Source: a bacterium (GTDB lineage Bacteria > SAR324 > XYD2-FULL-50-16). From it: a DNA stretch of 64,000 nt. The notes beneath the pieces are model-generated. The model saw only the letters and a program-made list of their open reading frames with translations. It was not told the origin of the DNA and did not search any database. Location: the NCBI GenBank assembly GCA_032250835.1, contig JAVVEA010000016.1:1-64000 (forward strand). Direction: 5' to 3'. The position numbers and the translations under genes were made by a program. Positions 1 through 9,164 of this stretch are shown here, in pieces. Each line of letters begins with the position of its first letter. Within the stretch, counting starts at the first letter, position 1.

Positions 1-74
1 ATCTCAGAGTCCGTCTTCTGTAAGTTGCGCCATGAGTTCAGCGCCGCTACGTTATGGTTGATTTTCAAGCTCAT
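1..74 (-). CDS. fliC: Flagellin, N-terminal fragment (runs off the window start)
   Basis: Not in the ORF track. The reverse strand from ATG at 74 reads MSLKINHNVAALNSWRNLQKTDSE, a typical flagellin D0 N-terminus. AGGGAG RBS at 81-86 and sigma-28 promoters lie upstream. Confidence 0.88.
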   Translation of the reverse strand, partial: MSLKINHNVAALNSWRNLQKTDSE

Positions 75-137
75 GATATTCTCCCTTTGCCTTGCTACTT
101 TAGGCGTGCTGCTGACGGCTTCACGGCCTTTGCTTCC

Positions 138-164
138 TTATCGGAAGACTGAGTAAAAACTTTA
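138..164 (-). promoter_or_regulatory. Sigma-28 (FliA) promoter, proximal
   Basis: Minus strand TAAAGTTT-N11-TCCGATAA versus consensus TAAAGTTT-N11-GCCGATAA, upstream of flagellin. Confidence 0.85.
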
Positions 165-194
165 ATCCGGCGGTTTTGGGCCAGTTCTGATTCC

Positions 195-222
195 CTATCG
201 GCAAGGACTGCACGAAACTTTA
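195..222 (-). promoter_or_regulatory. Sigma-28 (FliA) promoter, distal
   Basis: Minus strand TAAAGTTT-N12-GCCGATAG; spacer is 1 nt longer than consensus. Confidence 0.7.
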
Positions 223-351
223 ATATTTTCTGCCAAGGCCGCAGGGATGGGGCTTGAACTTAAAGAGAGAACAGGCGAGACTAGAACAAAAAGCGCGAGG
301 GAGCGAAACCTGGGGCCAGGAAGTCAGAACTGACGGCCCCCTTGGAGAAAT

Positions 352-1182
352 ATGGACCCGGTTTTTTTACAGTTAGGCGATAGCTTCCAGCTTCGGTACC
401 ACGGCCTATTTTGGGCTTTGGGTATCTTAGTGGGCTATTTGATCGCCCGGCGTGACCTAAAATGGATTGAAGCCGAGATCAACGAAGACGACCTCTTCAA
501 CTTGATCATCTTCACCTTCATCGGCGGTATCATTGGCGCTCGCGCTTTTTATGTCTTCATCCACTGGGAGTTTTATAGCTCTTCGCGGGTTCCCTGGTAT
601 GAATTCGCCGCAATCTGGCAGGGGGGGTTGAGTATCTTTGGCGGCCTAGTCGCTGGCCCAATCACCCTATGGCTTGTTTGCCAGGCTCAGGGGCATCCCT
701 TCGGCAAGTTGGCCGACCTCTTTGCGCCCAGCTTTTTGATGGCTCAGGTCTTCGGGAAATTGGGCAACTTCATGAACGGAGACACCCACGGCCTACCTAC
801 CGAACTACCCTGGGGCGTGGTCTTCCACTACGGCCCGGCGGCCCGGGAATTCCCCGGTATGGCGCTGCACCCGGTAATGCTCTACGAAGCCCTATTGAAT
901 CTAATCGCCTTTGGATTGCTCTTTTCGATCCGCAAAATGGGATTCCGCCCCGGAATGGTGGCGGCGGTCTACATGATCCTTTTTGGGAGTATCCGGTTCG
1001 TTGAAGCCTTCTTTAGGGCCGATGAGGCGGTGATCATGGACGTCAAGCTGGCCTTCCCCCTCTCGGCGCTGTTGGCCTTAAGCGGGCTGGTCTTGATCCT
1101 GTTCTTAGGGCTACATGAGGAAGAACAGGTCCAGCGCAAGCGGGAGACCCAATACTTACCCAAGCGGCAGTGGAAATTGTAG
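352..1182 (+). CDS. lgt: Prolipoprotein diacylglyceryl transferase family protein (several catalytic-motif substitutions)
   Basis: Polytopic membrane protein with DPV..G, IWQGGLSIFGG, GKLGNFMNGDTHG and HPVMLYE motifs; GGAG RBS. Confidence 0.85.
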   Translation: MDPVFLQLGDSFQLRYHGLFWALGILVGYLIARRDLKWIEAEINEDDLFNLIIFTFIGGIIGARAFYVFIHWEFYSSSRVPWYEFAAIWQGGLSIFGGLVAGPITLWLVCQAQGHPFGKLADLFAPSFLMAQVFGKLGNFMNGDTHGLPTELPWGVVFHYGPAAREFPGMALHPVMLYEALLNLIAFGLLFSIRKMGFRPGMVAAVYMILFGSIRFVEAFFRADEAVIMDVKLAFPLSALLALSGLVLILFLGLHEEEQVQRKRETQYLPKRQWKL

Positions 1183-1226
1183 GGGATATATAAGGAGAGC
1201 CGGGCCCGAAGACCCGGCCAAATGAC

Positions 1227-2480
1227 TTAAGCCAACAGGTGGCAAACCAAGCCATCGATCAGCTTGGGTTCAAACCAAGTGGACTTCGGCGGCATGATTT
1301 CGCCTGCCTCGGCAACGTCCATGATCTGCTGCATGCGGGTCGGGAACATCGCAAAGGCCACGGCCATTTCGCCCGAATCCACCCTTCGTTCTAATTCTTT
1401 AAGCCCCCGGGCCCCACCGACAAAATCAATCCGTTTGTCCTTGCGCGGGTTACCGATCGCTAAGATCGGCGCTAACAGGTGGTCATACAACAAACTAACG
1501 TCCAGGCTGGCGACCGGGTCGTGGCGGGGGATATTCTCGGCCTTTACCTGCAAACGGTACCATTGGCCCTTCAGATACATCCCCATTTCGCCTTCTTTTA
1601 CGGGGCGGTAGGCGGCCTTCTCGGGCGCTAATTCAAAGGCTTTATGCAATTGCTGCAAAAATTCTTCGACGCTGTGACCGTTTAGATCGGCCACCACCCG
1701 GTTGTAGTCCATAATCTTCATCTGGTCTGAAGGATAAATCACCGCCAACATAAAGTTGTAGGACTCTTCGCCGGTGTGCTGCGGATTGGCGGCCTTGCGC
1801 TTGGCTCCGACCTTGGAAGCCGAAGCCGAGCGGTGATGCCCGTCGGCAATGTAGAGCTTCCTGACCGCCGCGTTGGGCCCGTTAAAAATCTCCGAAATCC
1901 CCAAGATCAGGCGCGCTTCTCGAACGGGCCACAACTCGTGCAAAACGCCGTCGTCGGCGGTCACCGATAATTCCCCGGCACCGACCGCTACTTGTTTGGC
2001 GATTTCCATAAACCGCTCTTGGGGCGCAAAGGTCAACAGCACAGGGCTCGCTTGGCAATTCATCCGGTCAATCATGCGGATGCGGTCTTGCTCTTTGTCT
2101 TCGCGGGTTAGCTCATGTTTGACGATCAGGTTCTGGTCGTATTTTTCCACCGACGCCGCGGCGACCAAGCCCATCTGGCTGTGGCCTTGGTGGCTCATGC
2201 GGTAAAAATAATAATCCGGTTTGGAATCTTGGCGTAAAATCCCCTGGTCCATCAGCTTCTTTAGGTTCTCGGCACCTTGATCATAGACCGCATCAGAATA
2301 GGGGTCCGTCCCTTCGGGGAGGTCGATTTCAGGCTTAGAGATGTGCAGAAAACTCAAGGGGCGGCCTTGGGCCAAGGCTTTGGCCTCGGCGGAATCCAGC
2401 ACGTCATAGGGCGGTGCGCTCAACTCCTGGGCCTTTTCGGGTAGGGGGCGCAGCGCCTTGAAGGGGCGGATCAGGGTCAT
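1227..2480 (-). CDS. DUF1015 family protein
   Basis: IRPFKALRP, APPYDV, LYIADGHHR and C-terminal MPPKSTWFEPK motifs. Confidence 0.88.
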   Translation of the reverse strand: MTLIRPFKALRPLPEKAQELSAPPYDVLDSAEAKALAQGRPLSFLHISKPEIDLPEGTDPYSDAVYDQGAENLKKLMDQGILRQDSKPDYYFYRMSHQGHSQMGLVAAASVEKYDQNLIVKHELTREDKEQDRIRMIDRMNCQASPVLLTFAPQERFMEIAKQVAVGAGELSVTADDGVLHELWPVREARLILGISEIFNGPNAAVRKLYIADGHHRSASASKVGAKRKAANPQHTGEESYNFMLAVIYPSDQMKIMDYNRVVADLNGHSVEEFLQQLHKAFELAPEKAAYRPVKEGEMGMYLKGQWYRLQVKAENIPRHDPVASLDVSLLYDHLLAPILAIGNPRKDKRIDFVGGARGLKELERRVDSGEMAVAFAMFPTRMQQIMDVAEAGEIMPPKSTWFEPKLIDGLVCHLLA

Positions 2481-2564
2481 GGGTGTTTTTCCTATACATT
2501 GAGGTTGTGGAGGACAGCTTCAGCTTTTCAGTAACCAAGCCTTTTGTCCAGCCCGCCAGCCCCC

Positions 2565-2593
2565 TTGCCGAAACGAGACGGCTCTTCTATACT
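2565..2593 (+). promoter_or_regulatory. Sigma-70 promoter of ileS
   Basis: TTGCCG-N17-TATACT; supports the ATG start at 2635 rather than TTG at 2593. Confidence 0.65.
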
Positions 2594-2634
2594 TGGCGCT
2601 CTTTAGATCCATCACCCAGAAAAAATTAGGCCTC

Positions 2635-5600
2635 ATGTTTAAGCCGGTCAGTAGTAAAGTCCATTTCCCTGAGCTCGAAGAAGCGGTTCTGACGCATTGG
2701 GAGGAGGTCAACGCCTTCCAAACCAGCATCGACCAACGCCCCGAAAGCGAGACTTTTTTCTTTTACGACGGTCCCCCCTTCGCCACCGGCCTGCCCCACT
2801 ACGGCCATTTGCTGGCCAGCACCATCAAAGACGTGGTGCCCCGTTACCAGACCATGTTGGGCAAGCGTGTCGAACGGCGCTTTGGCTGGGATTGCCACGG
2901 CCTGCCGGTGGAATTTGAGGTCGAAAAAGAGCTGGGCTTAAAGGGCAAGTTGGATATTGAGGCCTATGGCATCGACAAATTCAACGAAACCTGCCGCAGC
3001 ATTGTCTTGCGTTATGCCGGCGAATGGAAGCGCACCATCCGGCGGATTGGGCGCTGGGTAGATATGGAAAATGACTACAAGACCATGGATGTGGACTTTA
3101 TGGAGTCCATCTGGTGGGTCTTTAAAGAGCTCTTTGAAAAAGGCCTGATCTACGAATCCCAAAAGATCGTCCCCTACAGCCCGCGCTTGGGCACGCCGCT
3201 GTCGAACTTCGAGGTTAACCTGGGCTATCAGGACACCCAAGACCCGGCGGTGACCATCAAGTTTAAAGTCAAGGGAGAGGAAAATACCTACTTCCTGGCC
3301 TGGACCACCACCCCCTGGACCCTGCCTAGCAACTTGGGACTGACCGTTAATCCGGCCATTGATTATGTGTTGATCTCCCATCAAGGAGAAAACTTAATTT
3401 TGGCCGAAGCGCTGCTTGAGGCGACCTTACCCAAGGACGCCGAATTTGAGGTGCTTTGGCGCAAACAGGGCACTGAGTTGGAGGGGATGGAATATGAGCC
3501 CCTGTTCCCCTACTTTGCCGATTTGGCCGAGCAGGGCTGTTTTAAGGTGATGCTCGGCGACTACGTGACCACCGACGCCGGTACGGGCATTGTGCACACC
3601 GCCCCCAGCTTCGGCGAAGATGACTTCATTACGGGCCAGACCTACAACCTGCCCCCGGTGTTCCCGATGGATGACAACGGGAATTTCAACAGCGAAGCGC
3701 CGGAATATGAAGGCCAGTTCTTCAAAGAGGCCGACAAGAACATCATGAAAGACCTCAAAGCCCAAGGCAAGGTCTTCCGCCACGAAACCATGACCCACAG
3801 TTACCCTTTCTGTTGGCGTTCCGGGGTGCCCTTGATGTACCGCACCATTGGTTCTTGGTTCTTAGACGTCGAAAAAATCAAGGCCCAGATGCTGGTCAAC
3901 AACGACCATATCCACTGGAAACCCGAGCACATCCAGAAAGGCCGCATGGGCAAATGGCTCGAAGGGGCGCGCGCCTGGGCGATCAGCCGCAACCGCTACT
4001 GGGGCAACCCGATCCCCGTTTGGGTCTGCGGCGACTGCGGACACCGCCACTGCGTCGGCAGCCGGGCGGAGCTGGAACAGCTTTCGGGTCAAAAAGTAAC
4101 AGACCTGCACAGCCACTTCATCGACTCCATCACCCTGACCTGTCCTAAGTGCGGCAAAACCATGATGCGCACCCCGGAGGTCTTAGATTGCTGGTTCGAG
4201 TCAGGCAGCATGCCTTACGGCCAACAACACTATCCTTTTGAAAACAAAGACGCCTTTGAGCGGCTCTTCCCGGCGGATTTCATCAGCGAAGGGATCGACC
4301 AGACCCGCGGTTGGTTTTACACTCTCGCCGTACTGAGCACCGCCCTGTTCGGCAAGCAGGCCTTTAAAAACTGCATCGTCAGCGGCATGTTGCTCGCCGA
4401 AGACGGCAAGAAGATGAGCAAAAGCCTCAAAAACTACCCGGACCCCTGGGAGATGCTCAATTTATATGGTGCCGACGCCGTGCGGCTGTACATGCTTAAT
4501 TCCGGGGCCATCAAGGCCGACGAATTGCGCTTTAGCGAATCGGGCTTAAAAGAGACCCTACGCGGTACCTTGATCCCCCTTTGGAACGTGTTGAGCTTTT
4601 TCACCACCTACGCGGCGGTAGATGGGTACCAGGGGCAGTTACTCGAATCTGCTGAAGGGCTAGAAAACCCCTTGGACCGCTGGATCTTCAGCCGCCTGCA
4701 CCACTTGATCTTAGAAGTGCGTCAGGCCATGGACGACTATGACCTAAACCGCTCAGTGGCCCCCTTTGTGGGTTTTATCGACCTTTTAACCAACTGGTAC
4801 GTGCGCCGTAGCCGCCGCCGGTTCTGGAAAAGCGACGATCAGGCCGACAAAACCCAAGCCTACGACACCCTTTACACGGTTTTACACGAGTTGAGCCGGG
4901 TGATCGCGCCCTTCGTACCCTTCTTGGCTGAGTCGGTTTACCAACGCATCCGCCAGGATGGCGAAGTGAATTCGGTGCATTTGTGCGACTTCCCGAGCTC
5001 CAAAACCAGCGTGATCAACGCCGAATTGGAAGGGGAAATGGATGTGATCCTGCGCGCCGTCAACCTGGGCCGCGCCCTGAGGGCCAAGCACCAACTCAAA
5101 ATCCGCCAACCGCTCGCCAAGATGACCTTGGTCACCGCCAACGATTCGCTGGCCGGGGTGTTAGGTCAAATGAAGCATTTGATCACCGAAGAATTAAACG
5201 TCAAAGATGTTGAAATCGCCCGTGACGAATCGGCGCTAGTCGAACTGAGCGCCAAGCCTAACTTAAAGCTCTTAGGCCCCAAGCTAGGCAAGAAACTGGG
5301 GGCCTTCCGCCAAGAGATCGGCAAGCTCAGCACCCAAGATATTGTCCGCATCCAACAGGGCGAACGGATCACCGTGGACCTAGAAGGCGAGCCCTTTGAA
5401 CTGGGCTTAGAAGAATTATTCTTAGAACGCCAAGAAAAATCGGGCGTCTTTGCGGAAACCGAAGGCGACTTAACGGTAGCTTTAGACAGCCAGCTGACCG
5501 ATGCGCTGGTTCAAGAAGGACTGGCTCGAGAATTCGTGAACCGCGTGCAGCAGACCCGCAAGGAATTGGACCTAGAGGTGACCGACCGCATCCGCCTACG

Positions 5601-5763
5601 CTGGGCCGGTCCCGAAGCGCTCAAAGAGATGGTAACGGCCCATAGGGACTATATTGCGGCCGAGACGTTGGCCGAAGTTATCGAGGAAGCGAGCGACGCG
5701 GCAGGGCTGGTGGCCTTGGACCTGAATGGTCTCGCATGCCACCTGAGCGTAAATAAGCTATAG
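2635..5763 (+). CDS. ileS: Isoleucine--tRNA ligase, type 2 (IleRS2)
   Basis: FYDGPPFATGLPHYGH, GWDCHGLP, WTTTPWTLPSN, EGIDQTRGWF and KMSKS motifs; long IleRS2-type C-terminus (EGLAREFVNRVQ). Confidence 0.96.
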   Translation: MFKPVSSKVHFPELEEAVLTHWEEVNAFQTSIDQRPESETFFFYDGPPFATGLPHYGHLLASTIKDVVPRYQTMLGKRVERRFGWDCHGLPVEFEVEKELGLKGKLDIEAYGIDKFNETCRSIVLRYAGEWKRTIRRIGRWVDMENDYKTMDVDFMESIWWVFKELFEKGLIYESQKIVPYSPRLGTPLSNFEVNLGYQDTQDPAVTIKFKVKGEENTYFLAWTTTPWTLPSNLGLTVNPAIDYVLISHQGENLILAEALLEATLPKDAEFEVLWRKQGTELEGMEYEPLFPYFADLAEQGCFKVMLGDYVTTDAGTGIVHTAPSFGEDDFITGQTYNLPPVFPMDDNGNFNSEAPEYEGQFFKEADKNIMKDLKAQGKVFRHETMTHSYPFCWRSGVPLMYRTIGSWFLDVEKIKAQMLVNNDHIHWKPEHIQKGRMGKWLEGARAWAISRNRYWGNPIPVWVCGDCGHRHCVGSRAELEQLSGQKVTDLHSHFIDSITLTCPKCGKTMMRTPEVLDCWFESGSMPYGQQHYPFENKDAFERLFPADFISEGIDQTRGWFYTLAVLSTALFGKQAFKNCIVSGMLLAEDGKKMSKSLKNYPDPWEMLNLYGADAVRLYMLNSGAIKADELRFSESGLKETLRGTLIPLWNVLSFFTTYAAVDGYQGQLLESAEGLENPLDRWIFSRLHHLILEVRQAMDDYDLNRSVAPFVGFIDLLTNWYVRRSRRRFWKSDDQADKTQAYDTLYTVLHELSRVIAPFVPFLAESVYQRIRQDGEVNSVHLCDFPSSKTSVINAELEGEMDVILRAVNLGRALRAKHQLKIRQPLAKMTLVTANDSLAGVLGQMKHLITEELNVKDVEIARDESALVELSAKPNLKLLGPKLGKKLGAFRQEIGKLSTQDIVRIQQGERITVDLEGEPFELGLEELFLERQEKSGVFAETEGDLTVALDSQLTDALVQEGLAREFVNRVQQTRKELDLEVTDRIRLRWAGPEALKEMVTAHRDYIAAETLAEVIEEASDAAGLVALDLNGLACHLSVNKL

Positions 5764-5823
5764 GTTTCTTGTGCTTGCCCTCGTATCTTGATATTGTAGA
5801 GCAAAAACAACCGCAGGAGAAAG

Positions 5824-6240
5824 ATGGAAATCACCAAGTGGGACCAGCGATTTAGCTTGGGCATTGATCAGATTGACGAACAGCACAAACGCCTCTTTGA
5901 GTTGATCGGGAATTTGGAGCAGGTCTTGATGGACCTAAGTCTGCGCAAGGCGCTCAATGACCTGATTGAGTACACGGAGACCCATTTTTCCTATGAACAG
6001 ATGATGCTCGACCAGGCGGGCTACCCGGCCTTTGATGCGCATTTAGGCGAACATGAAAAATTCACGGGCACGGCGACACAAACCTACGACCAGATCAACC
6101 AAGACCTGCGTTCGATCAACAAGAAAGGAGCCCACTTAGCCGCTTTCTTACGCGATTGGCTGACCCAGCACATCATGAAGACCGACAAGCAGTACGTGGA
6201 CTTTATGAAAGACAAGCCCATCCCAGAGCCCAAGTTTTAG
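5824..6240 (+). CDS. Bacteriohemerythrin (single domain)
   Basis: W..F.LGI..IDEQH, HFSYEQ, H..EH and WL..HI...D di-iron ligands; AGGAG RBS. Confidence 0.92.
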   Translation: MEITKWDQRFSLGIDQIDEQHKRLFELIGNLEQVLMDLSLRKALNDLIEYTETHFSYEQMMLDQAGYPAFDAHLGEHEKFTGTATQTYDQINQDLRSINKKGAHLAAFLRDWLTQHIMKTDKQYVDFMKDKPIPEPKF

Positions 6241-6479
6241 CCTATCCAGCCCCCAGGTTTTTTAGGGGCCTTCAGCCGGTGCCCTTGGCTGAGTTTTCTT
6301 CGGAAACCCTGGGTGTTTTTCGCTTCAGGGGCCGCCAGCGGAGGTTGGAAAGGGCTCCTGCTAGGTAGTCCATCAATCCGCCGCTACCTTACCCGCCTGG
6401 GAGTAATTCAAGAATCGAAGGGCCAGTTGCCTGGAAGTCGCTTAAGCTCTCTAGCGAGGGGAAAAGCAAAGCTTTCGGC

Positions 6480-6515
6480 AAAAAAAAAGCCCCGGCAGAA
6501 CCGGGGCTTTTTTTT
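6480..6515. terminator. Bidirectional intrinsic terminator
   Basis: A9-GCCCCGG-cagaa-CCGGGGC-T8 between the convergent hemerythrin and cfpA genes. Confidence 0.88.
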
Positions 6516-6532
6516 GCTCTAGCCGGCGTCCC

Positions 6533-8368
6533 TTAGGTCACGGGCTGTAACTTCTCCTCGGCACCTTGCAAGACCGAAACGAAGCGACGCTCTTCAATCT
6601 TTTCAGAGCGGCGTTGTTCTTTGGGGAACTCGCCGGAAGCGCGGTCCACAAATTCGTTGGTGATGCGGTACATAAACTCGCTGAGTACGTTGCTCATGGC
6701 GGCCATGTTGGTGCGTTTCTTTTTGACGGTGGTGATGTCCACCTCAACCAACAGGCCTTGTTGCAGGTGGTAAGGGTTCACCAAAGCGCCAAAGGCCAGG
6801 AACTGATCTTCTAAGAAGTTGATCCGTTCTTCGATCACAAAGCGGTTGCGGGGGTGCTGGTTCTTGTAGATTTCTAAGACCTTTTTCTTCATCAAGCGCA
6901 GTTGCTTCTTGATGGTTTCAAAGCTGCGCTGGGTGCTGCCGCCGGAACGGATGTCCCCTGTGATCTCTTGGAACAACACTTCGTTCCAAATCCGCTCTTC
7001 CCCTTCTGCGCCATCGGTCTTTAGGTATTGCTCCGAAACGTCATGATAGCTCTTGAAGTTATTTTCGCGGGCATATTCGTTGTAGACCTTAGTCACCACC
7101 TCGGCGGCTTCGTTGACGCGCTCTAAAAGTTCCTTGGACTGTTCGTCGTAGGCCTTCTTCAGGGCGTTGATCTGCTCGCGGTCCAAGTAGCTCATACGCA
7201 CTTGGTAGGTCTCGTCGGGCAATTCGTTGGCGTTGGTCTCGGCGTATTCGCGGATCACGCAAACCCGACCGTTCTTTAAGTTGTCTAGGTATTGAAAGCC
7301 CATCTTGGCGGTGTCCAGGATGCTGGTCATCATGTTGACGGCGTGGTTAAAGCCTTTGTGCAGCAGGTGGCCTTCGTCTAAGATATGCTTGAGGTTCTCG
7401 CGGATTGCGGTGGGGTCCGACTCCGAGGCAGGCATCTCAAAATAGGTGTCTTCTAAGGTATCGATAAACTTCTTAGCGATCACCTCGTAAGCCTTGTTGT
7501 TCGGGTCCGAAAGGTCCGAATCAAAGCCGATGAAGTTTTCTAGGGCCTTAAACTTCTCAAAGATCTCTTGGTTGGCGCTCAACTGAGGCTGGCCGTCTTC
7601 GGTTAGGCTCTGGTTGATACGGTCGATCTTTTCGTCGATCTGGCGGTGGAAATGATTGGAGACAATTTCCTTGAGTAAGCCCTGGATCGGTTTTTGGTAG
7701 TGGTGGATCGGTACGCGCAGGTCTTGGTCGGCCACATTAAAGGCCAAGCGTACATCCATCACCGTCTTGGGCTTGGAGCTATTGTTCTTGAAATTGCATT
7801 TGACCAAGCAGTAGCTGGCCTCGTTACGCACAAAAGCACCGGCGTCGGTCTTTTGGGCCATCAAGGTGTTGGTGTGGTGCTCCATCTCTTTGATGCTGCG
7901 CTCCACGTGGCCTTGTAAATGCTCGTAAGCATTGGCCATGGCTTTTTCCACCGCCCCGGTAGTGAAGGAGCCTTCCTGGCCCAAGCGGCTCATCAAGTCG
8001 CTTACATTCCGCGGCGTATAGCGGGCCAACTGCGAGTGTTCCTCGCGGTCCACCAGGTTGCGGTATTTCTTGGACAGCTCGTCTTCGGCGGTGACCAAGT
8101 ACCGGTTGAGCATGTTTTGTAGGTTCTGGTTGTAATAGTTGTGGATCTTCGATTTGATCCCGCCCATTACGTCCAGCTTACTCAACACTTCCGGGGGCAA
8201 TTGAGAGGAAACGTGGTTTAAGATTTTTTCCACTTCCTCATCAACCATCAAGGCCGATTCGGCGTATTCGTCCCGACCGTCGCGGTAAAGGCTGTTGCGC
8301 GAACCGATAGCGCTGGCCTTTTCAGGATGGATAAAGTCGGGGCCTTTGGCGATTTTCTGTTTGCTCAC
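6533..8368 (-). CDS. cfpA: Cytoplasmic filament protein CfpA homolog
   Basis: Colinear matches to Treponema CfpA motifs as I recall them: HPEK.SA.GSRNSL, LDVMGG.K.K..NY.NQN.QNM.NRY.VTAEDE, HLQGH, GAFVR, PKTV.DV, SILDT..MG.QY..N.KN, LPDE.YQ, NP.HLQ.GLL...DIT..K.K. GTG start with GGAG RBS. Confidence 0.85.
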   Translation of the reverse strand: MSKQKIAKGPDFIHPEKASAIGSRNSLYRDGRDEYAESALMVDEEVEKILNHVSSQLPPEVLSKLDVMGGIKSKIHNYYNQNLQNMLNRYLVTAEDELSKKYRNLVDREEHSQLARYTPRNVSDLMSRLGQEGSFTTGAVEKAMANAYEHLQGHVERSIKEMEHHTNTLMAQKTDAGAFVRNEASYCLVKCNFKNNSSKPKTVMDVRLAFNVADQDLRVPIHHYQKPIQGLLKEIVSNHFHRQIDEKIDRINQSLTEDGQPQLSANQEIFEKFKALENFIGFDSDLSDPNNKAYEVIAKKFIDTLEDTYFEMPASESDPTAIRENLKHILDEGHLLHKGFNHAVNMMTSILDTAKMGFQYLDNLKNGRVCVIREYAETNANELPDETYQVRMSYLDREQINALKKAYDEQSKELLERVNEAAEVVTKVYNEYARENNFKSYHDVSEQYLKTDGAEGEERIWNEVLFQEITGDIRSGGSTQRSFETIKKQLRLMKKKVLEIYKNQHPRNRFVIEERINFLEDQFLAFGALVNPYHLQQGLLVEVDITTVKKKRTNMAAMSNVLSEFMYRITNEFVDRASGEFPKEQRRSEKIEERRFVSVLQGAEEKLQPVT

Positions 8369-8492
8369 CGTGTTCTCCAGGGGGTTGCCTGTATACCGGC
8401 GTTAGCAAACCGGTATATTTGGTCCACATCCTCTCTCGAAAGGCTCCCTTTGTCAAAGGAAAAAAGCCTTAGGGCCCTTCTAGGAGTTGGGT

Positions 8493-9164
8493 TTACAGGC
8501 CGCTGCGGGGGTCTTCTTGTTGGTAGAAGAGGGTCCGGTCGTTCCAACGGAGCAGGGTCTTCCCCTCGATCCCGGTTAATAGGAGTTCAAAGGGGTGGTC
8601 TCCCTTGGGGGCCGGGCGGTTCAGCTTGGCAAAACGGACCCGATAGACCTCGGCCCAGCGATCCACCGGCTTGAGGTATTTTTTCAAAAACAAATACTCT
8701 CGCTCTTTGTGCGACAGCATCTTGGTACCCACCGGCTTGAGCAGGTCCCCTTCGTCATCGCGCAACAGCACCTGCCAGCTAGACCCGGCGCGCCCGAATT
8801 CTGGGGTTTTAGCACTGCCTGAATAGAGTACCAGCAAAAATTCATAGTAGTTTTTGTATTCTACCTTTTCTTGCTTCCATTGCTCTAGCTGATGGGCCGA
8901 AGAGTGCAAATAGGCCTCGCCGAGTTCTTCTAGATACAGCTTACGGTAGGTCAAATCGCAATAGACCGCATCGACGAGCAGGACCGTCCCATAATCCAAA
9001 TAGATCGAGCCGGTCTTGTAGCTTTGCATCAAATGCTCTAGTGTCACCTCCCGTTTGGCGCTCCAAGAGTCCGTCAGGTCTTGGGCACCTTCGCGGTCCC
9101 GGGCGGTGCTACAACCCAACACCCAAAACAGCGGCAACAGCCAAAACAGGCGCAACCTAAACAT
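8493..9164 (-). CDS. Hypothetical lipoprotein
   Basis: Signal peptide with lipobox VLGC; start overlaps the stop of the upstream gene. Confidence 0.75.
   Translation of the reverse strand: MFRLRLFWLLPLFWVLGCSTARDREGAQDLTDSWSAKREVTLEHLMQSYKTGSIYLDYGTVLLVDAVYCDLTYRKLYLEELGEAYLHSSAHQLEQWKQEKVEYKNYYEFLLVLYSGSAKTPEFGRAGSSWQVLLRDDEGDLLKPVGTKMLSHKEREYLFLKKYLKPVDRWAEVYRVRFAKLNRPAPKGDHPFELLLTGIEGKTLLRWNDRTLFYQQEDPRSGL

Noticed and set aside
2481-2634. T-box leader for ileS
   Set aside because: The promoter sits about 40 bp from the ATG, leaving no room, and no T-box motif is seen.
5824-6240. Hemerythrin as evidence of magnetotaxis
   Set aside because: Hemerythrins are widespread and no mam or mad genes are in the window.
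6313-6522. 69-aa ORF after hemerythrin
   Set aside because: Runs through the terminator and has no RBS.
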